Shown here in pieces: positions 1-7,336 of a stretch of DNA of 49,339 nt. Position 1 is the stretch's first letter, and every line of letters begins with the position of its first letter. The DNA comes from a virus. A program made the position numbers and the translations under genes. Where the stretch lies: positions 1-49,339 of IMG/VR virus record IMGVR_UViG_3300045988_118528; one strand, written 5' to 3'. A model generated the notes under the pieces. That model was given only the letters and a program-made list of their open reading frames with translations. It searched no databases and had not been told where the DNA came from.

Positions 1-46
1 TGGTGGAGACAAGCGGGATCGAACCGCTGACCTCTTGAATGCCATT
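1..46 (-). repeat. attL core: duplicated 3' end of a tRNA-Ala gene (fragment only)
   Basis: 1..46 is identical to 49294..49339. The reverse complement reads ATGGCAT (anticodon loop) TCAAG AGGTC AGCGG-TTCGATC-CCGCT (T-arm) TGTCTCC-A-CCA. Bases 47..80 hold no matching 5' acceptor strand or D-arm, so this copy is not a whole tRNA. Confidence 0.85.
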
Positions 47-157
47 TCCAGCCACAAGCCTTTGAGAAAGCTTTATTTTACGGTCACGGTGGCATTATAG
101 CGCTTGTTTTAGCAACCATGAAAACCCGCATTCTTTCGTGCAAAAACAAGGCTATAA

Positions 158-177
158 ACTCCCATTTTACTCCCATT
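158..177 (+). promoter_or_regulatory. Putative integrase arm-type sites (2 x ACTCCCATT, 11-bp spacing) next to attL
   Basis: ACTCCCATT occurs at 158..166 and 169..177. The same core (ACTCCCATT / ACTCCCTT / ACTCCCGT) recurs three times next to attR at 49204..49246 in the same orientation. Confidence 0.45.
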
Positions 178-193
178 AAAATTATATCATATT

Positions 194-219
194 AAGCCTA
201 CCGCAACCGGTAGGCTTTT
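194..219 (+). terminator. GC-containing hairpin (10-bp stem, CAAC loop) followed by TTTT
   Basis: AAGCCTACCG-caac-CGGTAGGCTT followed by TT. Lies in the non-coding stretch between attL and the first gene. Orientation of function is uncertain. Confidence 0.3.
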
Positions 220-235
220 ACACATAGTACAGCAC

Positions 236-265
236 AAAAAAAAGAGCTGCTATCCTAAGCAGCTC
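236..265 (-). terminator. Rho-independent terminator downstream of the DUF3800-like gene
   Basis: GAGCTGC / GCAGCTC 7-bp stem (244..250 / 259..265) preceded on the + strand by A8 (236..243). On the minus strand this is a hairpin followed by U8. Confidence 0.6.
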
Positions 266-363
266 CCCACCCAAGTCGGCGCACTTACAAGTACGCTTAA
301 TAATAATATCGAACTTTGAGTGTAAACAGTACATATTGTCTGTATCTAAATTATACTATCCTT

Positions 364-1056
364 TTAGGGCAATGTCAACATTGTATGATTGGGAAGTTTC
401 CTAAGGTTAGGGCGATTGTATTTAAACGAAGCATATATTCTATTCGCCAAAATATCACTAGCCTGGATCATATAATTGTTACTTGAAACACAATATTGCA
501 CTTTTACATCTACATTACTATTAAATATGGGAGCGTGAAAGCAATTATAATCATAGTTTCTGATTCCATGTTGCAATTCTTCTTTTATTGAAACCTCTAG
601 CCCATAAATACCATCTGTAGCAGTTAATTGTTCATCAATAAAAATCTTTATGGCTATGTCTTCATTTATATCTATAACATTTTGGGAAACTAAAGATTCT
701 ATCTTATATTTTACGAGCCGTTTCAACGCATAATCTTTATAGCGACATATTGACTGCGGTGTTGCTAATATATAACTATATAACCTCGGAATATTAACAA
801 TCAATCCAAGACTTTCCGTATTACGAAGAACATTATATAATGCCCTTTTGTGATTGCCAGATAACGAGGAAGCTTTTATTTCATTTGTCGTACACAATTT
901 CTCTTGAATCTTCTTAACTACACTCTTATATTTTCGCTTTGCGTGATCCACTTCTGCTTGTGATTTAAATACATATCCAGCATATATAAATTTCCCTACA
1001 CCATTCGTTTCATGCAATATACCAGAATCATCAAAAAAGAAAATCAGTTTTTGCAC
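364..1056 (-). CDS. DUF3800-like protein (accessory/moron gene)
   Basis: 230-aa ORF. The N-terminus LIFFFDDSGILH resembles the (I/F)xDESG start typical of DUF3800 proteins. AT-rich relative to the core genes. Has its own terminator. Confidence 0.5.
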   Translation of the reverse strand: MQKLIFFFDDSGILHETNGVGKFIYAGYVFKSQAEVDHAKRKYKSVVKKIQEKLCTTNEIKASSLSGNHKRALYNVLRNTESLGLIVNIPRLYSYILATPQSICRYKDYALKRLVKYKIESLVSQNVIDINEDIAIKIFIDEQLTATDGIYGLEVSIKEELQHGIRNYDYNCFHAPIFNSNVDVKVQYCVSSNNYMIQASDILANRIYASFKYNRPNLRKLPNHTMLTLP

Positions 1057-1128
1057 AATTGTTACCCCTGTCTTTTTATAATGCTTTTATATTATAACAC
1101 AAAATAAAATAGTTAGGAGTTGATTTTT

Positions 1129-1257
1129 ATGTCAAATGCAGTTATATACGCCAGCTATTCTTCCGGTCATCAGCGCGAAGAAAGTATTGATAGACAGATT
1201 AGAGAATGCACAGATTTTACAAAACGTAATGGCCTAACTGTTGTCGAAGACTTAGTA
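1129..1257 (+). pseudogene. N-terminal remnant (about 43 codons) of a serine recombinase (resolvase/invertase family)
   Basis: AGGAG RBS at 1115..1119 and ATG at 1129. MSNAVIYASYSSGHQREESIDRQIRECTDFTKRNGLTVVED matches the catalytic-Ser N-terminus of serine recombinases. Similarity stops near 1255, and the rest of the ORF is antisense to the convergent gene. Confidence 0.7.
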
Positions 1258-1761
1258 TGCATAAGTCACCCACAAGCCAGCTTTATTATCCCGCCAATCA
1301 TATTCACCCCGGACACCAATATATTTGCTTCCAATACGCCTACTCACTCCAAAACTGGCGCCACGAACATAATCATCAACATCAATCTTTATCCCGACTT
1401 CCCGTAGTAGCTCTGGCGCGGACGGCGGCAAGGATTTCTCTACTTTCTTTAATGATTTTTCCTGCCTCTCTGATTTCTCCAGTGAGGTCAGTAGCTTGCT
1501 CTCTAATCTGTAACATTCCTTCTCTAACTGTTCCTGCTTGTTTAGAGATATTTCCAGCTCCTGCTGCAGCTTCTCTGATTTCTCCAGTGAGCTCTTGTTG
1601 ATTTGTTCCAAGCTGCTGAAGTTGTTTTCCAGTGTTGTTAGTTCTGTTTCCGTTATCAGATATACCTGTTCGGCTGAGCAAATGGAAGGCAATAATAAGA
1701 ACTGCAACGATAATAAAAGCACCCAGAATATACTTACTACCTTTGATCTGTTTTTCATCAT
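1252..1761 (-). CDS. Secreted coiled-coil protein with short beta-rich C-terminus ending in aromatic residues (candidate outer-membrane/spanin-like protein)
   Basis: 169 aa. Signal-peptide-like N-terminus (MMKNRSKVVSIFWVLLLSLQFLLLPSICSA|EQ), an E/K/L/S-rich heptad region, and the C-terminus GIKIDVDDYVRGASFGVSRRIGSKYIGVRGEYDWRDNKAGLWVTYAY. The unique 3' part (1252..1381) has strong purine-first codon periodicity. It overlaps ORF 1382..1768 in another frame, so the true coding frame upstream of 1382 is uncertain. Confidence 0.45.
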   Translation of the reverse strand: MMKNRSKVVSIFWVLLLSLQFLLLPSICSAEQVYLITETELTTLENNFSSLEQINKSSLEKSEKLQQELEISLNKQEQLEKECYRLESKLLTSLEKSERQEKSLKKVEKSLPPSAPELLREVGIKIDVDDYVRGASFGVSRRIGSKYIGVRGEYDWRDNKAGLWVTYAY

Positions 1762-1768
1762 TTAACAT
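1382..1768 (-). CDS. N-terminally anchored membrane protein with helical repeats (DUF948-like / i-spanin-like architecture)
   Basis: 128 aa. GAGGTGG sits 5 nt upstream of ATG 1768. One TM segment (YILGAFIIVAVLIIAFHLL) is followed by LTGEIREA-type repeats. Purine-first codon pattern. Overlaps ORF 1252..1761 for about 380 nt. Confidence 0.5.
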   Translation of the reverse strand: MLNDEKQIKGSKYILGAFIIVAVLIIAFHLLSRTGISDNGNRTNNTGKQLQQLGTNQQELTGEIREAAAGAGNISKQAGTVREGMLQIREQATDLTGEIREAGKIIKESREILAAVRARATTGSRDKD

Positions 1769-1940
1769 TACACCACCTCTACTTTCGCACTAGAAACGTA
1801 CGAGAAAAAACGAGAAACAGCAAATTACCAGCATGTTAAAAACGACGCTGCTATGCCGTTTCTCGTTAGTTTTAATTTTAGCGCGCGTTTTTTAGCAACT
1901 TGAATCGCACGATAATCAAACGAAAATCGTATGAAAACTT

Positions 1941-1980
1941 TACTTGAAACTACTTGAAACTACTTGAAAGAGCTTGAAGC
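1941..1980. repeat. 10-bp tandem repeat TACTTGAAAC x2 plus two degenerate copies
   Basis: tacttgaaac tacttgaaac tacttgaaag agcttgaagc. Abuts the stop codon of the small ORF at 1981. Confidence 0.8.
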
Positions 1981-2079
1981 CTACAGCCCAAAATAATTAT
2001 GTAATGCGCCTAAAGTAAAACCGATAATCATACCAGTCCAAAAAAGTTTGCTGGTGATATACTCTTTAACCTTCTTCAT
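1981..2079 (-). CDS. 32-aa small membrane protein downstream of the endolysin (below the ORF-track cutoff)
   Basis: ATG at 2077..2079, with GGAGG (2087..2091) 7 nt upstream. Translation MKKVKEYITSKLFWTGMIIGFTLGALHNYFGL has one hydrophobic helix. TAG at 1981..1983. Confidence 0.5.
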   Translation of the reverse strand: MKKVKEYITSKLFWTGMIIGFTLGALHNYFGL

Positions 2080-2123
2080 ATTCAAGCCTCCTTTCAACTA
2101 TTTCTATTTTGGAAATAGTTAGT

Positions 2124-2663
2124 TTACCAATTATGATGCCACCAGATCGCCTTGCCCCTGATGACCTGCCCGCCTGGTTTCAGTTCTCCGTCACCTGATA
2201 TGTCTAGTAATTTCCACAAGTCCCATCTTTCAAAGGTTGTTGCCGGCCCATAGTCATCTAAGTCTGCTGCTTCTGCATGTGTCATTACGGTATCGGCATT
2301 AATGTCCAATCCAAGTTCCTCACACAGTACAGCTACAACTTTCGCCATACTATCTATCTGCAGTTCTGTCGGCGGCACGTTGCCAAAATCAATATTCCCA
2401 TTAGCATAGGCTACAGCATCTACACAGCACGCTAAAGCAATCCCAATAGCTCTAGAATTGCGCCGCCATGTATGAGCCTTATATTCAGTTAAATCATCGG
2501 TTGTCGCCATAACAGCGCCGTCGCTGTCAATGTTTAAGTGATAGTCACTAAAAAACTGGTGATAATTACCAGCTGACCAGTGTAGATAGATCTTATCAAT
2601 ATTACCAGCTGCAGCTTTTGCCAACTGTCGTAATTCATCCAAAGTTATCCTTTTAATTGTCAT
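2124..2663 (-). CDS. Endolysin, N-acetylmuramoyl-L-alanine amidase (amidase_2/PGRP, T7-lysozyme-like), no cell-wall-binding domain
   Basis: 179 aa. IYLHWSAGNYHQ...HTWRRNSRAIGIAL...MTHAE is typical of amidase_2. The start overlaps the holin stop (TAATG). Confidence 0.8.
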   Translation of the reverse strand: MTIKRITLDELRQLAKAAAGNIDKIYLHWSAGNYHQFFSDYHLNIDSDGAVMATTDDLTEYKAHTWRRNSRAIGIALACCVDAVAYANGNIDFGNVPPTELQIDSMAKVVAVLCEELGLDINADTVMTHAEAADLDDYGPATTFERWDLWKLLDISGDGELKPGGQVIRGKAIWWHHNW

Positions 2664-2938
2664 TACTTTCCATCTCCAATCTTTTTCCCCACTTCGCCAG
2701 GGGAACTGTTGAACTTGCTATTAATAAGTTTATTTGCAATTTGAGTAGCCGCACTGCCGCCGCCTGTCATGGTAGCAAATGTTTCATAGTTGCCCCAAGT
2801 TTGGCCCTTATAAATCAAATAACAACTTCCAATTAAAAAAGCAGCGAACCCGATAACGGATAGAATCCGTGTTAGCGAGTATACGCCGCCTTCTTTTAAC
2901 ATCTCATTAAATTTTTCAAGCACTCGTATCATCTCCAT
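2663..2938 (-). CDS. Putative holin
   Basis: Small protein with the TM segment LTRILSVIGFAAFLIGSCYLIY and a charged C-terminus, immediately upstream of and overlapping the endolysin. Start chosen at ATG 2938 because the upstream gene ends at 2916. The exact start is uncertain. Confidence 0.6.
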   Translation of the reverse strand: MEMIRVLEKFNEMLKEGGVYSLTRILSVIGFAAFLIGSCYLIYKGQTWGNYETFATMTGGGSAATQIANKLINSKFNSSPGEVGKKIGDGK

Positions 2939-3233
2939 CCGGCTCTGTTGGCAATGCCATGACTTTGAGTTTGATGTCATCCATAACACCGTTTAAGCCA
3001 AGATTGTGGTAAGCGTTATACACATTTTCAAAACTTTGCTTAGCATAAATCGGCATATAACCTTTATTGTAGTAATAATGATTATATATCTGAATCATTC
3101 TATCTCTCAGCATCGCTTGCATGCCAGCTTTAACCGCTTCGTTTTCCTGATTGATAGTCCGTATCTTTTTAGCCATATAACCTACTAACCCGCCCACTAG
3201 CAAATTTATCCCGTAAATTACTATTTCGTTCAT
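2916..3233 (-). CDS. Membrane-anchored protein upstream of the holin (function unknown, possible lysis accessory)
   Basis: 105 aa. N-terminal TM (IVIYGINLLVGGLVGYMA). Lies between the fibre genes and the holin. Confidence 0.45.
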   Translation of the reverse strand: MNEIVIYGINLLVGGLVGYMAKKIRTINQENEAVKAGMQAMLRDRMIQIYNHYYYNKGYMPIYAKQSFENVYNAYHNLGLNGVMDDIKLKVMALPTEPDGDDTSA

Positions 3234-3243
3234 CTCACACCAC

Positions 3244-3765
3244 CTAAATTTTAGTTGTCCATTTTATTTTTTTAATTGCACTTACCGACTTACTGTTTTG
3301 TACTTTGTTCCGCAGACTATAAAACCGATTGTAAGCCGCAGACTGCTCTGTCGCTGACTTAACCAGTACACTTTGAAAATCAGAAGCTGATAACATTACC
3401 CATAGACTTTCGCCTTCAGCATTTTTTACGCCATAGCCATTCTCCCCTTTTAATAGTGCAACATTATAGGCCGAATTAAATTTATTGATATCAGATGCCA
3501 ACCTATCAAAATAATAGGCAATACCGCCTACCTTATACTCAGTGGGCCTATCACGTTCTGCTTCGTACATAGCGTAAAGCTCGGCAATTTTCTGTGTCTT
3601 TGTTTCCTGCAAATCTAAATCAATAACGCTTCTTTTAACACCAAAATTTTCTAATTGCTCATCGGTCGGATTTAGCGGCCACGAAATATTTGGTAAAAGC
3701 CTCTTGATTTTATCAAAGTCATCATAAGTATTACCTAAATAAGTGTAGACTATCTTTTTATACAT
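3244..3765 (-). CDS. Tail-fibre-associated protein (possible fibre assembly/chaperone)
   Basis: 173-aa ORF directly downstream of the 897-aa fibre gene. The call is by position only. Confidence 0.4.
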   Translation of the reverse strand: MYKKIVYTYLGNTYDDFDKIKRLLPNISWPLNPTDEQLENFGVKRSVIDLDLQETKTQKIAELYAMYEAERDRPTEYKVGGIAYYFDRLASDINKFNSAYNVALLKGENGYGVKNAEGESLWVMLSASDFQSVLVKSATEQSAAYNRFYSLRNKVQNSKSVSAIKKIKWTTKI

Positions 3766-3780
3766 TTTAGATCCTCCTCT

Positions 3781-6474
3781 TTAACCGCTAAACGGCAATG
3801 CTACACTATCACAAACCTGTATACTAAAACTACCTGTGTCATCTACAATTGCAATAACATTTATGATATTGTTAGCATTTGCAGTTAATGCTGGCGCAAC
3901 GCCTTTCGGGTAGTATACTGCGCTACCTGTCGGGAACGTCCATGCTACTGTTGGCACCGTAGCACCTACAGCAAGCCAGAATGTTAATGTCTTGCACATA
4001 TACGGCACGCTTCCAACGGTCGCTTTGAAGTCCATGCCTTCAAAATTCATAGTTAAGCTTGACGGATTGTTGATTGCGCAGTTAATTAGATAGCAGTTTG
4101 CAGATGGTTGATATAGTATGACATTGCCAGTATTAGGCGTTGAATAATAGGTGTTTTCTGCTGTGCCACAGAAATACAAACAGTTTTCACTGTTGCCAGC
4201 ACGAATAACGCCATTTTGCAAATTAGTGTTTGCGGTCGAGCCAACGATTAAATTTTCTTTCAAGCTTAACGTCCCGTTATAGTCAATCTGTGCCAGCCTA
4301 TCGCCTGATGATTCAAACAAGATGTTTGCTGTACCATTCTTTACGCCGTTAACACTTAAAGTTAAATTTTGAGTTGTTTTATCTATTTCTAAAAACTTAA
4401 AGCTGCCTACCTGTAAAGCTGCATTGTTGGCGTAGTTGATAGCAGAGTTATTCTGCAAGGAAAAAATGCTATAATCTGTGCTGATAGCTTCTGCTTGATT
4501 TGAAAGCCGCATACCTGCCGTGTTATCGGCGGCTTCGGGATAAAAACCTATAATTTTGCTTGTGCCACCGCCACCTACTCTTAAACCACTTGAAGTGCTA
4601 TAGTTTAGAATACGGTTAGCTAAAAAGTCAAGCGTTGCCGTGGTTGCAGTGCCGCCAATGTTGGCAACTTCTGTTGTACCAACATTGAAGAAGTGTGCCA
4701 GTCCTTCTGTGGCTGTATAGTACATTGCTCCCGTGGTAGTGGAGTTTATTTTTGCTTGCGTTGTTGCGCTGTTAGGCTTCATGCCTAATGTAATAGTTCC
4801 ACCAATGCCCGCAAGTGCGCCGTCCCTCACTGTTATAGGTTTATTAAATGTGTTCGTTCCTGTAAAGTTGTTATCTCCTGCGGCGGTAACATCACCGCCG
4901 CCCCCGCCTGCTTCAATGGTAATATCTTGCGTGCCGTCAAAAGCCACACCATTTATTGTGCGGGCAGTTTCTAACTTCGTGGCAGTCTTTGCATTGCCTA
5001 ACCATTTTGCAACGCCTGCATGAGTTACCGTTGCGAAAGCTTGATTATTACTAATTAAAGCCATTTTTAAGGTATCATCACGTATGCTAAGCACATCGTT
5101 GTTAGTTCCAATTCTAAATACATGAGGTTGCGAAGTACTCGTGTTATAAAATAATCCCCCGAAATTGTCTGTACCAATTCTCGCCCGTACTGTTTCATCT
5201 GCTGGAGGAATGCCAAAATTTATACTGCCACTGCTACCTGCCGTTGTGCCATTCGATACAGTAAGGTTTGCTCTGAAAGTATTTAAAGCGGTAAAGGTGT
5301 TAGATGAATTTAATTGAGCATAGCCGCTTAAATCATGGTTGCCTGCGAGAGTATCCCATTTTGTACCGTTCCATGCTACGTTATCTCCCGCCTTGATACC
5401 ATGTCCAGGGTCTGCCGTTTCGACGTTATAAACGTCACCTATTTTTTGCCCTGTAGTCGGCAGGTCGGCATAGGTAGCCACACTGTCTTTGTACGTGTAT
5501 ACTGTTGCAAGCCCTAACTGTTCTGCGGTTACTTTATGCGGGTTGTTATAGTCGGCTTCGTGTGTTGCAAGGTCAGTAGCTACTGTATTAATTTTTTCTG
5601 TTAAATCTGTTGTAGTATTATCTAAATCAGATTTTAACGTATATTCTACCCAGTTTGACCACTCCGACACAGTAACAGGATCGCTGTCTGGTACTATGGT
5701 ACCAAATCTGACATAAGTTTTACCGCTAGCTTGCCCCATAAACTTTTGCCTGATGTATGTTTCGTTGAAATCATCGTCTACATCCAACCAGCCGCTGCCT
5801 GTTTCCGGCGCGTTAGTATTATTGGATGCTTCCAGCAGTTCGCGGGCAAATTCTGTTTTGTCATTAAGATCTACAGCAGTATCAATATTATCGTAATAGC
5901 GTAATTCTTCAACAACAGGAGTAAGGCTGTCTAACCTATTTAACGCTGATGTGGCATCATTTTGTGCATTATCAGCCGTTGTCTGCGCAGTTGTCGCAGT
6001 CGCAATCGCAGTATTAGCAGAAGCTTGAGCATTATCCGCAGTTTCTTGAGCGTTGGCTGCAGCAGTAGCGGCATTATTTGCCGTTGTTTGGGCGTCGGCT
6101 GCAGCTGTTGCCGCATCATCTGCAGTTTTTTGAGCGCCGGCTGCAGCAGTAGCGGCATTATTTGCCGTAGTCTGTGCGTTTTGAGCAGTAGTTTCAGCGT
6201 GGTTAGCTATTTCTATTGCAGATTGTGCTGCATTATACGCCTGATTTGCAGTTGTTAAAGCCTGAGTTGCTATTTCATATGATCCATAAGACATATTTCC
6301 TATATCGTTTATAGCATCCTCCGTCTGCTGCTCAAAGCTAAGTCCTGGTAGTGGTCCAGTCAACGGTGTATACTGAAATTTATAGTATGACCGATTATTT
6401 ATTAAAGTCTGGATGTCAGCAGCAATACGCGCTGACCGTAAAGATGCGGCACGTGATACTTTTGTGTAGTTCAT
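3781..6474 (-). CDS. Tail fibre protein
   Basis: 897 aa. Ala/Thr/Gln-rich tandem repeats (AQTTANNAATAAAGAQKTADDAATAAADAQTTANNAATAAANAQ...) and repeated NTF...T(V)..G modules. Sits downstream of the baseplate genes. Confidence 0.75.
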   Translation of the reverse strand: MNYTKVSRAASLRSARIAADIQTLINNRSYYKFQYTPLTGPLPGLSFEQQTEDAINDIGNMSYGSYEIATQALTTANQAYNAAQSAIEIANHAETTAQNAQTTANNAATAAAGAQKTADDAATAAADAQTTANNAATAAANAQETADNAQASANTAIATATTAQTTADNAQNDATSALNRLDSLTPVVEELRYYDNIDTAVDLNDKTEFARELLEASNNTNAPETGSGWLDVDDDFNETYIRQKFMGQASGKTYVRFGTIVPDSDPVTVSEWSNWVEYTLKSDLDNTTTDLTEKINTVATDLATHEADYNNPHKVTAEQLGLATVYTYKDSVATYADLPTTGQKIGDVYNVETADPGHGIKAGDNVAWNGTKWDTLAGNHDLSGYAQLNSSNTFTALNTFRANLTVSNGTTAGSSGSINFGIPPADETVRARIGTDNFGGLFYNTSTSQPHVFRIGTNNDVLSIRDDTLKMALISNNQAFATVTHAGVAKWLGNAKTATKLETARTINGVAFDGTQDITIEAGGGGGDVTAAGDNNFTGTNTFNKPITVRDGALAGIGGTITLGMKPNSATTQAKINSTTTGAMYYTATEGLAHFFNVGTTEVANIGGTATTATLDFLANRILNYSTSSGLRVGGGGTSKIIGFYPEAADNTAGMRLSNQAEAISTDYSIFSLQNNSAINYANNAALQVGSFKFLEIDKTTQNLTLSVNGVKNGTANILFESSGDRLAQIDYNGTLSLKENLIVGSTANTNLQNGVIRAGNSENCLYFCGTAENTYYSTPNTGNVILYQPSANCYLINCAINNPSSLTMNFEGMDFKATVGSVPYMCKTLTFWLAVGATVPTVAWTFPTGSAVYYPKGVAPALTANANNIINVIAIVDDTGSFSIQVCDSVALPFSG

Positions 6475-6488
6475 TTTTACTGCCTCCC

Positions 6489-7322
6489 CTAATTACTTAA
6501 CGTTGCTTGAATAGAACATTTTGAAAATCGATTGCCATAAGCTGTAGTAATGTTAATAATGTCACCTTGTTTAATTGAATACTTAAAAGTGTTAGCATCG
6601 CTGTTTGATGTCGGATAACCCCAATAATGACCTTTACTACCTGATTTTGTTACACTAGTACTCATGTTTAATGTACCAACTGTGTTCCCGTTAACTTGGA
6701 CTGTAACATTTGCATAACTGCTCCAACCTCCATCCGGGGCTTGTCCCCAGTCTGCTGTAGCCATAACTGCTATGCTATTAGCAGCAGCTGCTGCAGTAAA
6801 ATTCAATGTATTTTTACCGCAGACAGTTTGACTGCTGACCAACGTCTTTTTAGCATCATCTACTGCGCTATTAACCAAATCCTTTATCTGATCAGCACTA
6901 AGCGATCCAAGCCACACCAAATATTCTTGCCAATAAACAGTGCTTCCCTCTGTGCCAGGTATTACAACACCCGCAGCAGTGTCAACGCCGTTTTCTTTAA
7001 TGCACATATAACTGATACCGTTATAAATAACCATACAGTTAGGCGCATAACGAAGTGTAGCTTTATACTGCCACTGACCGCCTGATTGCAACCAATAGGC
7101 AAAAGCTGACAGCATATAATACATACCATTAAAATCCGCTCTCTGGGGCGGCAAACCGCCTGCTTCCGGTTTAACCTGTGTTATCGGTGGGAAGCCCTGT
7201 GTTAAACTCGCGCGTCCATCCGTACCGGCATTATCATCTGGTGGGATAGTTTTTAAGCCTTGATCTGCAAAAGGCCGACTAAAAAGATTGACTGGTTCCT
7301 GTACTACTGGTAATGTTGCCAT
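6489..7322 (-). CDS. Tail fibre / receptor-binding protein (proximal)
   Basis: 277 aa. The N-terminal segment ...GGLPPQRADFNGMYYMLSAFAYWLQSGGQW resembles conserved N-terminal regions of phage fibre/collar proteins. Position is after the baseplate I-like gene. Confidence 0.5.
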   Translation of the reverse strand: MATLPVVQEPVNLFSRPFADQGLKTIPPDDNAGTDGRASLTQGFPPITQVKPEAGGLPPQRADFNGMYYMLSAFAYWLQSGGQWQYKATLRYAPNCMVIYNGISYMCIKENGVDTAAGVVIPGTEGSTVYWQEYLVWLGSLSADQIKDLVNSAVDDAKKTLVSSQTVCGKNTLNFTAAAAANSIAVMATADWGQAPDGGWSSYANVTVQVNGNTVGTLNMSTSVTKSGSKGHYWGYPTSNSDANTFKYSIKQGDIINITTAYGNRFSKCSIQATLSN

Positions 7323-7336
7323 AATTTACCGCCTTT

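Noticed and set aside
1-80. The left repeat copy could be a complete tRNA gene
   Set aside because: The reverse complement of 47..80 (…CTTTCTCAAAGGCTTGTGGCTGGA) provides no 5' acceptor strand complementary to TGTCTCC and no D-arm. Only the 3' 46 nt are tRNA-like, so it is the att duplication.
2096-2120. AACTATTTC/GAAATAGTT hairpin between the amidase gene and the 32-aa ORF as a terminator
   Set aside because: The stem is almost all A-T and no U-run follows on the transcribed (minus) strand. At most it is a weak structure near the small ORF's RBS.
5940-6258. ORFs 5940..6158 (-) and 5962..6258 (+) inside the tail fibre gene
   Set aside because: They are low-complexity Leu/Gln/Arg or Cys/Ser/Arg translations of the Ala-rich GCN repeat region. 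They have no RBS and lie within a clearly coding fibre gene.
1129-6474. An active invertible (Gin/Cin-type) host-range switch or a diversity-generating retroelement acting on the fibre genes
   Set aside because: The serine recombinase is reduced to about 43 codons. I found no long inverted repeats bracketing the fibre 3' ends by eye. There is no reverse transcriptase or template repeat in the window.
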